Below are positions 18,891-28,742 of a stretch of 64,000 nucleotides of DNA, one piece after another. The stretch's first letter is position 1. Each line of letters opens with the position of its first letter. The notes under the pieces were generated by a model. It was not told the origin of the DNA. It saw only the letters and a program-made list of their open reading frames with translations, and searched no databases. Source of the stretch: Candidatus Parvarchaeota archaeon (GTDB lineage: Archaea > Nanobdellota > Nanobdellia > Parvarchaeales > Parvarchaeaceae). Where the stretch lies: contig JAMCRN010000009.1 in NCBI GenBank assembly GCA_023380585.1, positions 2,524-66,523 on the forward strand, written 5' to 3'. A program made the position numbers and the translations under genes.

Positions 18891-20264
18891 CTATAGTATT
18901 TTTACGATATCGAATAGCTGGGAGATGTCGCTCTCTTTGTCTATACCCCATAAGAACTTAAGCACAGTCTCAGTCTTCTCTGCTCCGAGATTTTTACCGG
19001 CCAGATGCCTGAATTTTTCCTCGACTTCCCTGTCGCTCATAGGGTTATTGGGATGGCCCCTCTGGAAATATTCCTCTTCTGATAGGGTCCTGCCGTCCTT
19101 GAGCTTTAAAATAACCTTATTTGGTATGCCTTTGTATGGGTAGGCCATAGTAAACTCTTTATTCTCCTTCACCTTTACTTTTTTAAGGAATCTCAGAGTT
19201 TTATTATCTCTAAACCGTTTCCTAACAAACTGGTCTTCTGTTACGTCCCCGTCCATCAATGCAACTGTCGTTATGTAAGCTATGCTGTGATCTGCTGTCT
19301 CTTTGGTCTGCGGGTCCCATTTTTCAGGCTCCCTCTTTCTGTCCCCTATTATGGAAAAGCCTGCCTCTTGCGTTTCTATCGTCATAGAGTCAATGTCATC
19401 TATACTATCTATTTTACCCCTCAGTTTAAGGGCGGCGTCTATTGCAGTTTGAGAATGTATCTCTCCATCATGCTTCTTTATGTATGTCTTTTCTATCATA
19501 AACGGTGTTCTTTTCCCTCCAAAATCGCCAGTGTTTATAGAAAACTTTCCTGAAACTTCTTTCTGGAATCCATATTTGCCCTCAAATGTCTCTGATGGGC
19601 CTGTGAACCCCTTTTTTGCGATTATAGCGGAAAATACCGAATTTCTTACTGCATTAGACGCGGCTGCAGCTTTCCAGTTAGAAAGTTCCCCGACTCTGTT
19701 TTGTCTTGTGGAGAGGTTGTTAAGAGCGATGTTCACAGCTTGCGCAGACTGTTCAACGGAAGACTCCAACAATTTCGAAGCCGCAAGTGCATTGCCGGCC
19801 AATAAATAATTCACATGGTCCCACCCTCTTGCTCTAAGACTGGAAGCATCGCACAATCTGCATTGTATCTCATATCCTATAACGATCGACAATATCAAGT
19901 CCTTTCCGCTTTTATGCAGCATATCCGCAACTGCTAAAGCGCCAGCTATATTATCGCTTGGGTGTGCCGGCTCTTTAGATAGATAAGTGTCATTCCAATC
20001 CAGATATCTTATCGCGTATCCATTGCTGAAAGCCGCATGGTCAGGAGGAGCCTTGTACGCTGACCCTAGCAGAGTAGACGACCCTGGCCCATCGGTGTGG
20101 TAAACTGTATCTCTTATTGTCTTCACAGAATCATTATAGAAAGTATTTAGCCCGCAGCCCAAAGAGTCTATCAATCTCCTCTTGGTTTCTCTTATAGCGT
20201 TGGGAGAAAGGTCTTCGTATCTTAACTTGTAAGCATATTCTGCTAACGAATGTGATATGTCCAT
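18891..20264 (-). CDS. MmgE/PrpD family protein (2-methylcitrate dehydratase-like)
   Basis: The N-terminus MDISHSLAEYAYKLRYEDLSPNAIRETKRRLIDSLGCGL is typical of PrpD, at ~457 aa. Confidence 0.8.
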   Translation of the reverse strand: MDISHSLAEYAYKLRYEDLSPNAIRETKRRLIDSLGCGLNTFYNDSVKTIRDTVYHTDGPGSSTLLGSAYKAPPDHAAFSNGYAIRYLDWNDTYLSKEPAHPSDNIAGALAVADMLHKSGKDLILSIVIGYEIQCRLCDASSLRARGWDHVNYLLAGNALAASKLLESSVEQSAQAVNIALNNLSTRQNRVGELSNWKAAAASNAVRNSVFSAIIAKKGFTGPSETFEGKYGFQKEVSGKFSINTGDFGGKRTPFMIEKTYIKKHDGEIHSQTAIDAALKLRGKIDSIDDIDSMTIETQEAGFSIIGDRKREPEKWDPQTKETADHSIAYITTVALMDGDVTEDQFVRKRFRDNKTLRFLKKVKVKENKEFTMAYPYKGIPNKVILKLKDGRTLSEEEYFQRGHPNNPMSDREVEEKFRHLAGKNLGAEKTETVLKFLWGIDKESDISQLFDIVKIL

Positions 20265-20386
20265 CCTGACAATATAATAATCTCTTAAAATATAAAACCA
20301 TGCGGAGACGGGTATTTTTATAGTTTTACAGACACCTCAGTTAAAATCCCGGCAGACCAGCATAAGAAAAGTTTTATATTTTGTAG

Positions 20387-21040
20387 ATGTATGTCATATT
20401 GCATATGGAAAATGCTTCAAGACCAAAATACTCCGCCGTGCCTTTAAAATACAAAGAAGTCCAGGGCATATCTGCAAAAACTTTTTCAGAGCATTTCAAG
20501 CTTTATGAGGGTTACGTAAACAAGACAAATGAAATATACGAAAAGATAGCAAGCGGGTTCGCAGACCCCTCGAAATCAGCAGGTACGTACAGCGAATATG
20601 GAGAAGCCAAAAGGCAGCTGTCATTCAATCTTGGAGGAATGTGGAATCACAAACTGTATTTCCATGATTTCGAGAACGGGGCGGGTACCAAACCTTCAGA
20701 ATCTCTAAGCAGAGCCATAACAAATGATTTTGGCTCATATGAAAAATGGAAAGAAGATTTTGTAGCCACAGGTATGGCTGCCCGTGGCTGGGCTATGCTG
20801 TGCTTTGGACTGGACGACGGACGGCTCCACAATATAGTCCTTGACGCACAAAATGCCGGGTTTCCGGCCACAGTCGTGCCTCTGATATTAATGGACGTTT
20901 ATGAACATGCGTATGTTATGGATTACGGCGTAGCGAGGAAACCGTACATAGATTCATTCTTCAACGCTATAAACTGGACTTACATATCAAAGCGATATGA
21001 CATCTCTGTAGAGATGCACAAACTTTGGTCAGCTCAATGA
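20387..21040 (+). CDS. sod: Fe/Mn superoxide dismutase
   Basis: C-terminal signature DVYEHAYVMDYG (DxWEHAYY). The true start may be an internal Met. Confidence 0.85.
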   Translation: MYVILHMENASRPKYSAVPLKYKEVQGISAKTFSEHFKLYEGYVNKTNEIYEKIASGFADPSKSAGTYSEYGEAKRQLSFNLGGMWNHKLYFHDFENGAGTKPSESLSRAITNDFGSYEKWKEDFVATGMAARGWAMLCFGLDDGRLHNIVLDAQNAGFPATVVPLILMDVYEHAYVMDYGVARKPYIDSFFNAINWTYISKRYDISVEMHKLWSAQ

Positions 21041-21703
21041 ATGGTCATAAAAGCAGTCATATTCGACCTCAACGGGACTTTGATAGACGATTCAGAAATA
21101 ATCAATGAAGCATGGAGATCAGCTGCCGGTTCTATCGGTATAAGACTACCGGTAGATTTCGATTTTATCCGACGCGGATTGACATCCAGCGACATAATAA
21201 CAAAGATTCTAAAAGTCACTAATGCAGAGGAGATGTATGCGCTGCTAAAAAGGCGGAGCTATGAGATAAACAAGAATATAGACAGGTCCTTGCTTTTCCC
21301 GGACGTAATACCTGCTCTGGATAAATTAAAACAAAAACATAAGAATATTGCGATTGCAAGCAGCATGGAGCCGAATCTGATAGAGAGATTATTGGAGCTA
21401 ACAGGACTCAAGTCTTATGTAGATGGAGTAGCCTCATCCAAAGAGGTAAAAAATGGCAAGCCGGCACCAGATGTTTTCCTGCTAGCCGCAGATAGGCTTG
21501 GTCTGGGGCCGGGAGAGTGCATGGCCGTAGGAGACAGTCCAAACGATATCTTAGCCGGAAAAGCAGCTGGGATGATTAGCATATTCCTCAGCAGGAAAAA
21601 TGAAAAGTTCGAGGGAGCCTATACCAACATAAAAAGCATGGAAGAACTTGTGGAGAACGGGATAGGCGATCTTTTATTCCGCCAAGCGCCCGATAGTGAT
21701 TAA
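21041..21703 (+). CDS. HAD-superfamily hydrolase (beta-phosphoglucomutase-like phosphatase)
   Basis: Motif I VIFDLNGTLID and motif IV GDSPNDILAG. Confidence 0.8.
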   Translation: MVIKAVIFDLNGTLIDDSEIINEAWRSAAGSIGIRLPVDFDFIRRGLTSSDIITKILKVTNAEEMYALLKRRSYEINKNIDRSLLFPDVIPALDKLKQKHKNIAIASSMEPNLIERLLELTGLKSYVDGVASSKEVKNGKPAPDVFLLAADRLGLGPGECMAVGDSPNDILAGKAAGMISIFLSRKNEKFEGAYTNIKSMEELVENGIGDLLFRQAPDSD

Positions 21704-21726
21704 TAATAACAATTATTACTAATATA

Positions 21727-22263
21727 ATGGCCGAGGAATCCGATTTTCAAATAGGCAGCTTTTCTTACCCAGGATTAGCAGATGTTTTTTTGACAAGAGC
21801 GCAGAAATTTATAGATTACGTACTGGACTGGGGCCGTAAGAATTCATTATGGCCATTGACTTTTGGCACATCATGCTGTGCCATTGAGATGATGACGTTC
21901 GGGGCTACCAAGGTGGACGCTGACCGAATGGGTACGCTGTTTATGGCTGACAGTCCTAGGTTATCTGATCTGATACTAGTCAGCGGTACTATAACGAAAA
22001 AGATGGCTAGGAGGCTCCTGAACATGTACGAGCAGATGCTCTACCCAAAATATGTGATCGCTGTCGGAGCATGCAACGTCAGCGGAGGCCTGTATCACGA
22101 CAGCTACAACACTATAGAGGGAGTCGATAGGATAATACCTGTCGATGTTTATATCCCTGGATGCCCTCCGAGACCAGAGCAGTTCATGGACGCCGTTCGT
22201 GTGCTTCAGAGACTTATAAAAGAGAATGAGACGAAGGTCCAGAAATATGGCAGATATTATTGA
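21727..22263 (+). CDS. nuoB: NADH-quinone oxidoreductase subunit B
   Basis: GTSCCAIEMM, GACNVSGG and PGCPPRPE, the Cys ligands of cluster N2. Confidence 0.9.
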   Translation: MAEESDFQIGSFSYPGLADVFLTRAQKFIDYVLDWGRKNSLWPLTFGTSCCAIEMMTFGATKVDADRMGTLFMADSPRLSDLILVSGTITKKMARRLLNMYEQMLYPKYVIAVGACNVSGGLYHDSYNTIEGVDRIIPVDVYIPGCPPRPEQFMDAVRVLQRLIKENETKVQKYGRYY

Positions 22264-22714
22264 CGATTTAAAGCTTAAACTAAAGGATAAAATCTCCGTC
22301 TTATATAGTGACCCTAAGGAACCAGTGGTGGCATTAGCTGACAAGACTGCAATAAAGCCGGTCGCTTCTATAATAAGCAAAAGCTTTGATATACTCTTCA
22401 TGCTGGTCGTGGTAGACAGAGCACCAAAATTTGAGCTAAATTACCTCTTTTCAAGGTACTCTGATGACAAGACCATAACGCTTAGGGTCGTAGTAGACGA
22501 AAAAGACTATGCGATAGATTCTATCTGCAGTGTCTTCGACTCTGCTAATTGGGAGGAGAGGGAAGCTTATGACCTTTTCGGTATAAAATTTACAGGCCAT
22601 CCTGACATGAGAAGAATACTGCTGCCAGAGGACTGGCCTGGATTCCCTCTGCGTAAGGACTTCAAAGTCACCGATGAGATAAGAAATTGGACCGGTTTGG
22701 ACCTTAAATTCTGA
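22226..22714 (+). CDS. nuoC: NADH-quinone oxidoreductase subunit C
   Basis: ANWEEREAYDLFGIKFTGHPDMRRILLPEDW, the 30-kDa subunit signature. Confidence 0.85.
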   Translation: MRRRSRNMADIIDDLKLKLKDKISVLYSDPKEPVVALADKTAIKPVASIISKSFDILFMLVVVDRAPKFELNYLFSRYSDDKTITLRVVVDEKDYAIDSICSVFDSANWEEREAYDLFGIKFTGHPDMRRILLPEDWPGFPLRKDFKVTDEIRNWTGLDLKF

Positions 22715-22717
22715 ATT

Positions 22718-23818
22718 ATGGAAAAACGTCACGGAATAGTATTGAATATGGGGCCAGTCCATCCTTCCACACATGGCGTCTTGAAAGTCGTAGTAGATAT
22801 AGAGGGGGACACTATAAAAAAGGCCGTAACTGAGATAGGTTTCCTGCACAGAGGAAAAGAAAAATTAGCAGAGATAAGGTACTTCTCAAATTATTACCCG
22901 ATAGTCGATAAACTAGATTACCTATCCGCGTTAAGCATGGAGACTCTTTATGCAAGTCTTATAGAAAAAGCCGCAGATATAAAGATACCAGAGAGAGCGG
23001 TTTATCTTAGGACTATTTTTGTGGAGATACAGAGAATAATGAGCCATCTTCTCTTTATAGGCGCCTTCGGACAGGATGTAGGCAATATCACAGGCCTTAT
23101 ATGGGGGCTTAGGGAGAGAGAATTGCTTATGACGCTTGTAGAAGAGGTCAGCGGCGGCCGTCTGGCCCCGATGTATATGACCAATGGAGGAATGTTCTAT
23201 GACGTGCCTAAAGACTTCGGCGACAAATTAGTCGATATACTCGACAAGATAGAGAAGAAACTGGAAAAAGACTATGTCGCAATGTTCCAAAACAACGAGC
23301 TTTTCAAGATAAGGACCAAAGGCGTCGGTGTAATAGACTCTCAAACGGTAAAGAGACTTGGTATAACCGGCCCAAACATGCGCGCAAGCGGAATAACACG
23401 TGACCTTAGGAAAGATCAGCCCTATCTTGCTTACGACAAACTTGAATTTGATATAGCCAGCGAGAAAGAAGGAGACTCATATGCCAGATTCATGGTAAGG
23501 GTAGAGGAGGTATTTCAGTCAATAAAGATAATAAAACAGGCGCTAAGGCTCCTTCCAGACGGCCCGGTAGTGACAAAGACTCCATGGCTACTTAAGATAC
23601 CTCCAAAGTACACTTTTGTAAGGCATGAAACGCCTCGTGGAGAGATGTCCTTCTATCTGGTGACAGACGGCAGCGAAAAAGCTTACAGACTTAAGATAAG
23701 AAGCCCGACATTCTTCTCAATAAGAGCCCTTGAAGAAGTTCTTGTGGGTTCCAAAGTTGCCGATGCGGTGGTAATCATAGCAAGCATAGACCCAGTTATG
23801 GGGGAAGTGGACAGATGA
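22718..23818 (+). CDS. nuoD: NADH-quinone oxidoreductase subunit D
   Basis: GPVHPSTHGVLKVVVDIEGDTI and the remaining 49-kDa subunit features. Confidence 0.9.
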   Translation: MEKRHGIVLNMGPVHPSTHGVLKVVVDIEGDTIKKAVTEIGFLHRGKEKLAEIRYFSNYYPIVDKLDYLSALSMETLYASLIEKAADIKIPERAVYLRTIFVEIQRIMSHLLFIGAFGQDVGNITGLIWGLRERELLMTLVEEVSGGRLAPMYMTNGGMFYDVPKDFGDKLVDILDKIEKKLEKDYVAMFQNNELFKIRTKGVGVIDSQTVKRLGITGPNMRASGITRDLRKDQPYLAYDKLEFDIASEKEGDSYARFMVRVEEVFQSIKIIKQALRLLPDGPVVTKTPWLLKIPPKYTFVRHETPRGEMSFYLVTDGSEKAYRLKIRSPTFFSIRALEEVLVGSKVADAVVIIASIDPVMGEVDR

Positions 23819-24816
23819 TAGTCGACATATTTCTAGGTTACGTGTCAATGTTCGTCGGCGAGCCGATAGCTTACATAATATCGCTTCTGCTCGCTTTTAT
23901 CGCTGCTCTCATACTTACCGGATTTATACCGATATTCGTAGGATGGGTGGACAGGAAGCTTTCAGCCAGGATACAGTCCAGGTACGGACCTGTCTATGTA
24001 GGTCCATTCGGGCTTTTACAAAACGTGGCAGACGCGATAAAGCTGCTGGGAAAAAGCTTTCTGACAACGGACGTCGACTGGCTCGTATTCAATTTCGTCC
24101 CGATAGCGATGACGACGGCATCTTTTTTGATGATTAGTATAATACCTCTTGGCCTTCCAGGGTTCTCTTTCATTTCTGTACCTTTCGACGCTATATTCAT
24201 ATATGTGCTGGTAGCAGTCACACCACTTTTTGTGCTTTTGGCCGGATGGGGGTCAAATAACAAGTATTCAATGATAGGTGGGTTTCGAGGAGCTGCACAG
24301 ATAGCGACATACGAGCTTACTTTTCTTCTCTCCATAATAAGCATATCAATGCTTGCAGGAGGCTATAATTTCAGCACGATCGTAACAGGCCAGAGCAAAT
24401 TATGGTATATAGCGTACTTCCCTCTAACGTTTTTAGCGTTTGTGGTAGCCAGTCAAGCCACTATAGAAAGAGAGCCTTTTGACCTCCCGGAAGCGTCTCA
24501 GGAGTTACAGGCTGGGTGGGAGATAGAATATGGCGGGATTAAATACGGGCTTTTCTTCGTTTCGGACTATGTAAGGCTAACAGTGATCTCCATGCTTATA
24601 GTGTATTTTTTCTTAGGAGGATGGCTTGGTCCTTCTATCTTACCTGCGATAGTTTGGTTCTGGCTAAAGACCGCAGTTGTACTTTTCCTTTTGATGGTGC
24701 CTAGATGGGTGCTAGGCCGCCCCCGCATAGACCAGCTGCTGAGATTTGGGTGGAATTGGCTCCTGCCATTAGCAGTATTTAATTTATTAATCGTAGGGGC
24801 GCTTATATTTGTATGA
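23815..24816 (+). CDS. nuoH: NADH-quinone oxidoreductase subunit H
   Basis: A polytopic ND1-like protein with DRKLSARIQSRYGP and EYGG motifs. Confidence 0.9.
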   Translation: MIVDIFLGYVSMFVGEPIAYIISLLLAFIAALILTGFIPIFVGWVDRKLSARIQSRYGPVYVGPFGLLQNVADAIKLLGKSFLTTDVDWLVFNFVPIAMTTASFLMISIIPLGLPGFSFISVPFDAIFIYVLVAVTPLFVLLAGWGSNNKYSMIGGFRGAAQIATYELTFLLSIISISMLAGGYNFSTIVTGQSKLWYIAYFPLTFLAFVVASQATIEREPFDLPEASQELQAGWEIEYGGIKYGLFFVSDYVRLTVISMLIVYFFLGGWLGPSILPAIVWFWLKTAVVLFLLMVPRWVLGRPRIDQLLRFGWNWLLPLAVFNLLIVGALIFV

Positions 24817-25313
24817 GCCTGAAAGACACGGTCAAAGTGATAGGTTATGGGCTAAAGAACGTATCTGAGAAGCCAGTAACAGTGATGTATCCCGACGTTC
24901 CGCTGCCGATACAGACCAGAAGCCGGGGCATGCTGAGTCTGGATCTGGACAATTGTATAGGCTGCGAGCTATGTTTTCGCATATGCCCTGCGGATGCGAT
25001 AAGGATGGAAAAAATAAACCTGCATATGCCCAGGAACCCAAGAGACGAAGCACCAGCAATAGATTTTAATAAATGCATATTCTGCGGCCTATGCAGCGAG
25101 ATTTGTCCGCCGAACGTTCTGCACCATACGCATAAGTATGATATATCGACAGAGAATAGGGAAGACCTTGTTTATTCTCCATTTAAACTCAAGAAGGTAT
25201 ATCTTGATCTTGTAGCGCCACATAAAGATGAATATGAATTTAGGATAAAGAAAGAAGAACCGAAACAGCAGGATAAGACTGAGAAAGTTCCCGGGGCGGA
25301 CAACTCTAAGTAA
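24813..25313 (+). CDS. nuoI: NADH-quinone oxidoreductase subunit I (2x[4Fe-4S] ferredoxin)
   Basis: Two CxxCxxCxxxCP motifs (CIGCELCFRICP, CIFCGLCSEICP). Confidence 0.9.
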   Translation: MSLKDTVKVIGYGLKNVSEKPVTVMYPDVPLPIQTRSRGMLSLDLDNCIGCELCFRICPADAIRMEKINLHMPRNPRDEAPAIDFNKCIFCGLCSEICPPNVLHHTHKYDISTENREDLVYSPFKLKKVYLDLVAPHKDEYEFRIKKEEPKQQDKTEKVPGADNSK

Positions 25314-26097
25314 CTCTTTGGAACTTAGATATAACTCTAGAATATATACCGTATATCAGAGAATACAGCTTTAGGAAGTATCTGGACGAAAATACGAAAT
25401 ATACGAATAAAAACGCTATGCTAACTCCAAGAGCGGCTCCGGCCAATACATCAGTGGGGTAATGCACTCCTACATAGACCCTAGAGAAAGAGACCAAAAG
25501 TGCTTCGAATAAGAGCGGAATAGAATAACGCTTTTTAAGAAAGAGCAATGCTACCGCGGCCCCTCCGAATACAATCAGTGCATGACCAGATGGAAAAGAG
25601 GAATCGCTATCCCTTGGTACGAGAACATGAGCCACCTGCATAACATCGAAAGGCCTCGGCCTATAGTATACGGTCTTCAATAACAAACCGACTACGATTA
25701 TAATTACAAACACTAATGCCATAGCCAAAGCTGCCTTTTTTTCGTTTTCTTTCCCGAGTATCCATACAAGGGCGACTACCGGCACCCAAAAATAGGACCT
25801 TCCATACAAAGAGACCAAAGAGAAGAAACCATCAAGCGCCGGAACATTCAGACCGGAATTTATAAAGTTAAACGCAGAGACATCAAAGCTGTAGATTACT
25901 TTGTAGTTGACGAGAATGAATATCAATATAAATGCAGCTAGAGATATGATTCCAGATATAAAAAGCCGGTTTTTATCCATCTTAAACATTATAAAGAATA
26001 AGTTTAAATCCTTTTGTTTCGCTTGATAAGCTATGGAGGAAAAGAAGCTCGATATCGCCGCGTTCCAGCTCCAAGATTCCGACGCAGAGATAAACAT
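25306..26097 (-). CDS. PAP2-family membrane phosphatase
   Basis: KxxxxxxRP (YYRPRPF), PSGH (SFPSGHA) and SRxxxxxHxxxD (SRVYVGVHYPTD). Confidence 0.8.
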   Translation of the reverse strand: MFISASESWSWNAAISSFFSSIAYQAKQKDLNLFFIMFKMDKNRLFISGIISLAAFILIFILVNYKVIYSFDVSAFNFINSGLNVPALDGFFSLVSLYGRSYFWVPVVALVWILGKENEKKAALAMALVFVIIIVVGLLLKTVYYRPRPFDVMQVAHVLVPRDSDSSFPSGHALIVFGGAAVALLFLKKRYSIPLLFEALLVSFSRVYVGVHYPTDVLAGAALGVSIAFLFVYFVFSSRYFLKLYSLIYGIYSRVISKFQRVT

Positions 26098-26761
26098 AGG
26101 CGATATAATAGACGAGTATCTGAATGAGGAGACGCGTCCAAAAAGGATAGGCTCATACTACCCGAGTGAAATAGGGATGTGTATCAGGCGGAGCTACTAC
26201 TCCTATTTCATATCAAAACCTACTGAACCGAAAGCGCTTAGGATATTTGCACTCGGCAATAACGTGCATGAGTTTATAGCCAGAGCTTTAAAAGACTCGG
26301 ACAGGTTCGAGGTAGTGGAGGAAGAAAAGCCGATAAAGATAAACTATGTCGATGGCGAGACAAGTTTCTCTATCTATGGCAGGATAGACGACTATGTGGT
26401 CTCTAAAGGAAACACAAAGAAGGTCATAATAGAGGCAAAATCTACTAGCGACGTAGACAAGATAACCGTGCCCGAGGATAAGCATGTCATGCAGATAATG
26501 CTGTATCTAGCCGCTGAGAAGACGGATTACGGGATAATAGTGTATGCTGACAAGAAGAATTTGCAGATAAAGCAGTTCAAGGTAGAGTACAACGAAAGCG
26601 TATACAACAAAGTGATCCAAAGGTTCAAAGATCTGGACTATCATCTAAAGAAGAAGAAGTTGCCTCCAGCAGAGTACTATTTTGACAATAAAAAAGTGTG
26701 GGAATGCAAATACTGCCCTTACTACAATGAGTGCATGCAGGCCATAGCCAACGGAGATTGA
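26033..26761 (+). CDS. Cas4/RecB-like PD-(D/E)xK nuclease with 4-Cys cluster (stand-alone)
   Basis: An N-terminal Cys (EIGMCIRRSYY), an IEAKST (E-x-K) motif, and a C-terminal CxxCx5C (CKYCPYYNEC). Confidence 0.55.
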   Translation: MEEKKLDIAAFQLQDSDAEINIGDIIDEYLNEETRPKRIGSYYPSEIGMCIRRSYYSYFISKPTEPKALRIFALGNNVHEFIARALKDSDRFEVVEEEKPIKINYVDGETSFSIYGRIDDYVVSKGNTKKVIIEAKSTSDVDKITVPEDKHVMQIMLYLAAEKTDYGIIVYADKKNLQIKQFKVEYNESVYNKVIQRFKDLDYHLKKKKLPPAEYYFDNKKVWECKYCPYYNECMQAIANGD

Positions 26762-26766
26762 GCTGA

Positions 26767-28143
26767 TCAGGGAGTTATTTCTATATCGTCGTACGGCCCG
26801 ATATCGTCCGTTATATTATTTATCATTTGATACAAAGGAGGGGATAAAACTGCTATATGGCCTGGGTTAGACCTGTATGAAACGTATACATACCCATTCG
26901 GAGTAACTGCGACGCCAGGTACCTGGTCGCCAAAAAAATTAGGCAATGTTATATTATCTTCTATGGCATACGTTTTCGGATTTATGATTAAAAGCGAAGA
27001 ATTTGGCGATTTAACCTCTGTTAAATAGACATTTCCATTGGAATAAGTGATTGCTTGCGGATTAGGCCCGGTGGATATGTTTATTATATACGAATTTGTT
27101 GTGGAATTAAAAACAGAAACTGTATCCCCTTCCCAATTCCCTACCCAGACGGTGCCATTAACAGCCTGTACAAAAACAGGATAACTTAAACCAGTTATAT
27201 TCTTGATTATCTTGCCTGCTGATGGGGAAACAACGAACACGTAATTTTGTCCCGACAGCCCGCAAGTCGGCCATCCATTCTCATTAGTTATATAAACATC
27301 TCCAGTATCGCTTACGCCTAAAGTAGAGATACAATTTGTAGGGATAGGGATAATTTGGGTTACACTATTTTTATCTAAACTGTAAGCCACCAAATCTCCA
27401 GCCTTTCCAGTCCCATTGAACAGGTATAAGAAACTCCCATTTAAACTGTAAACGCCCTGTCCAGCGTTTGGTATGTTTACAATTTTTGCAGGAGCCAGGG
27501 TATTTATGTTAACAATAGAGAATGAATCGGTAGAGTTTCTGAACAAGATGTAACTAGAATTAGGGGATTTCATAACAAAATAAGGTTCGAAAGCACCGAA
27601 GCGTTTTATTACTGTATCCGTGAACGTTGATGCTATATCAGTATAATTTGAATCCGCCATAGCTATTATTATGTAAGAATTCTTACTGCTGGTTTTGCCG
27701 AAGACTGAACCTGTTGAGATGTAAGGCCCAGAGAAAACCTGGCCCGGCTCTGTATAATTTATGTATACAGAATATGAATATACAGAGCCAATAACGGAAG
27801 GACAAACTCCGGGGACTAGAAAAGTGCTCATGGTATTTGGTGGTACCAAGGTATTAACGTCTGGGTAGTCCAAGTATTTTTTAGATCCGGATATTAACTC
27901 TATTTGTGAGATGTTTATAAGATTTCCAGTAGAGTCCCCAAGTGTCAAATAAAGGCCTTGATTCTGCACACAGGAAGCAGAAACGGTTCCTAAACCGGCG
28001 AAGCCTGTGACTGTGGCTGATATACTTGAGGATGGGGAGAAGATACCTAGGGAGTATAGGACTGCGGCTACGATGACTATTATGAGAATGGCCCAGCCAT
28101 AGGTCATCATGTACTCTAGGGCTGACTGGGATTTGGTTCTCAT
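26767..28143 (-). CDS. class III signal peptide (pilin-like) surface protein with beta-propeller/YVTN-like repeats
   Basis: The N-terminus MRTKSQSALEYMMTYGWAILIIVIVAAVLYSLGIF is shared with the 49461 and 60250 genes. The rest is divergent. Confidence 0.7.
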   Translation of the reverse strand: MRTKSQSALEYMMTYGWAILIIVIVAAVLYSLGIFSPSSSISATVTGFAGLGTVSASCVQNQGLYLTLGDSTGNLINISQIELISGSKKYLDYPDVNTLVPPNTMSTFLVPGVCPSVIGSVYSYSVYINYTEPGQVFSGPYISTGSVFGKTSSKNSYIIIAMADSNYTDIASTFTDTVIKRFGAFEPYFVMKSPNSSYILFRNSTDSFSIVNINTLAPAKIVNIPNAGQGVYSLNGSFLYLFNGTGKAGDLVAYSLDKNSVTQIIPIPTNCISTLGVSDTGDVYITNENGWPTCGLSGQNYVFVVSPSAGKIIKNITGLSYPVFVQAVNGTVWVGNWEGDTVSVFNSTTNSYIINISTGPNPQAITYSNGNVYLTEVKSPNSSLLIINPKTYAIEDNITLPNFFGDQVPGVAVTPNGYVYVSYRSNPGHIAVLSPPLYQMINNITDDIGPYDDIEITP

Positions 28144-28283
28144 ACATTGATAGGTAGTATTGTCTTCTTCAAAGAAGAGTTTTACACACCGCCTTACAAG
28201 TTTTATAGACTAGAAGTATTTAAGTATTTAAAATAAAAGTACTGTATATCTTCACACCGTAATTAAATATCCGGCAAATATAA

Positions 28284-28742
28284 TTATTTTCGCAATATCT
28301 TGCAAGTCCAAGACTCCGGGACAGATACCTTATCAAGTTCTGATAATATAAGCTGTCTCTTCTTTTTGTCAGGTAGGCTTTCGAAAGTCAGATAAATAGT
28401 CTCTTCTTCTGTTTTATCATGTAGTAAAAGAACGTTTATGAGCGCAGTCGTCCTCTTGTAGCATTCCTCAAGTCGGTTATCTTTAATAAGAGAGCTTATA
28501 GCCGTAAGTAGGTTCCAGATCCCTCCATGGTCTCCTTCCAGTCTTTTTATTAATCCTTCCGTTTCTCCGTTTCTTACTGCTGGGAAAAGGACTTCCTCCT
28601 CCCAAAATATGTGGTTTTTTAGTTCTTTTTCTGCCGTCAAAAAACCTGCTGTGTCTACTCTCCCTGTCTTAAGGCCGTCCCAAAAATTATTCAGACTAAT
28701 CGCAATCCTTGCGTGGTCATCCTGCAAAATATCATTGAGCAT
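28284..28742 (-). CDS. hemerythrin-like (HHE cation-binding) domain protein
   Basis: Spaced His/Glu residues typical of hemerythrin four-helix bundles. Confidence 0.5.
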   Translation of the reverse strand: MLNDILQDDHARIAISLNNFWDGLKTGRVDTAGFLTAEKELKNHIFWEEEVLFPAVRNGETEGLIKRLEGDHGGIWNLLTAISSLIKDNRLEECYKRTTALINVLLLHDKTEEETIYLTFESLPDKKKRQLILSELDKVSVPESWTCKILRK

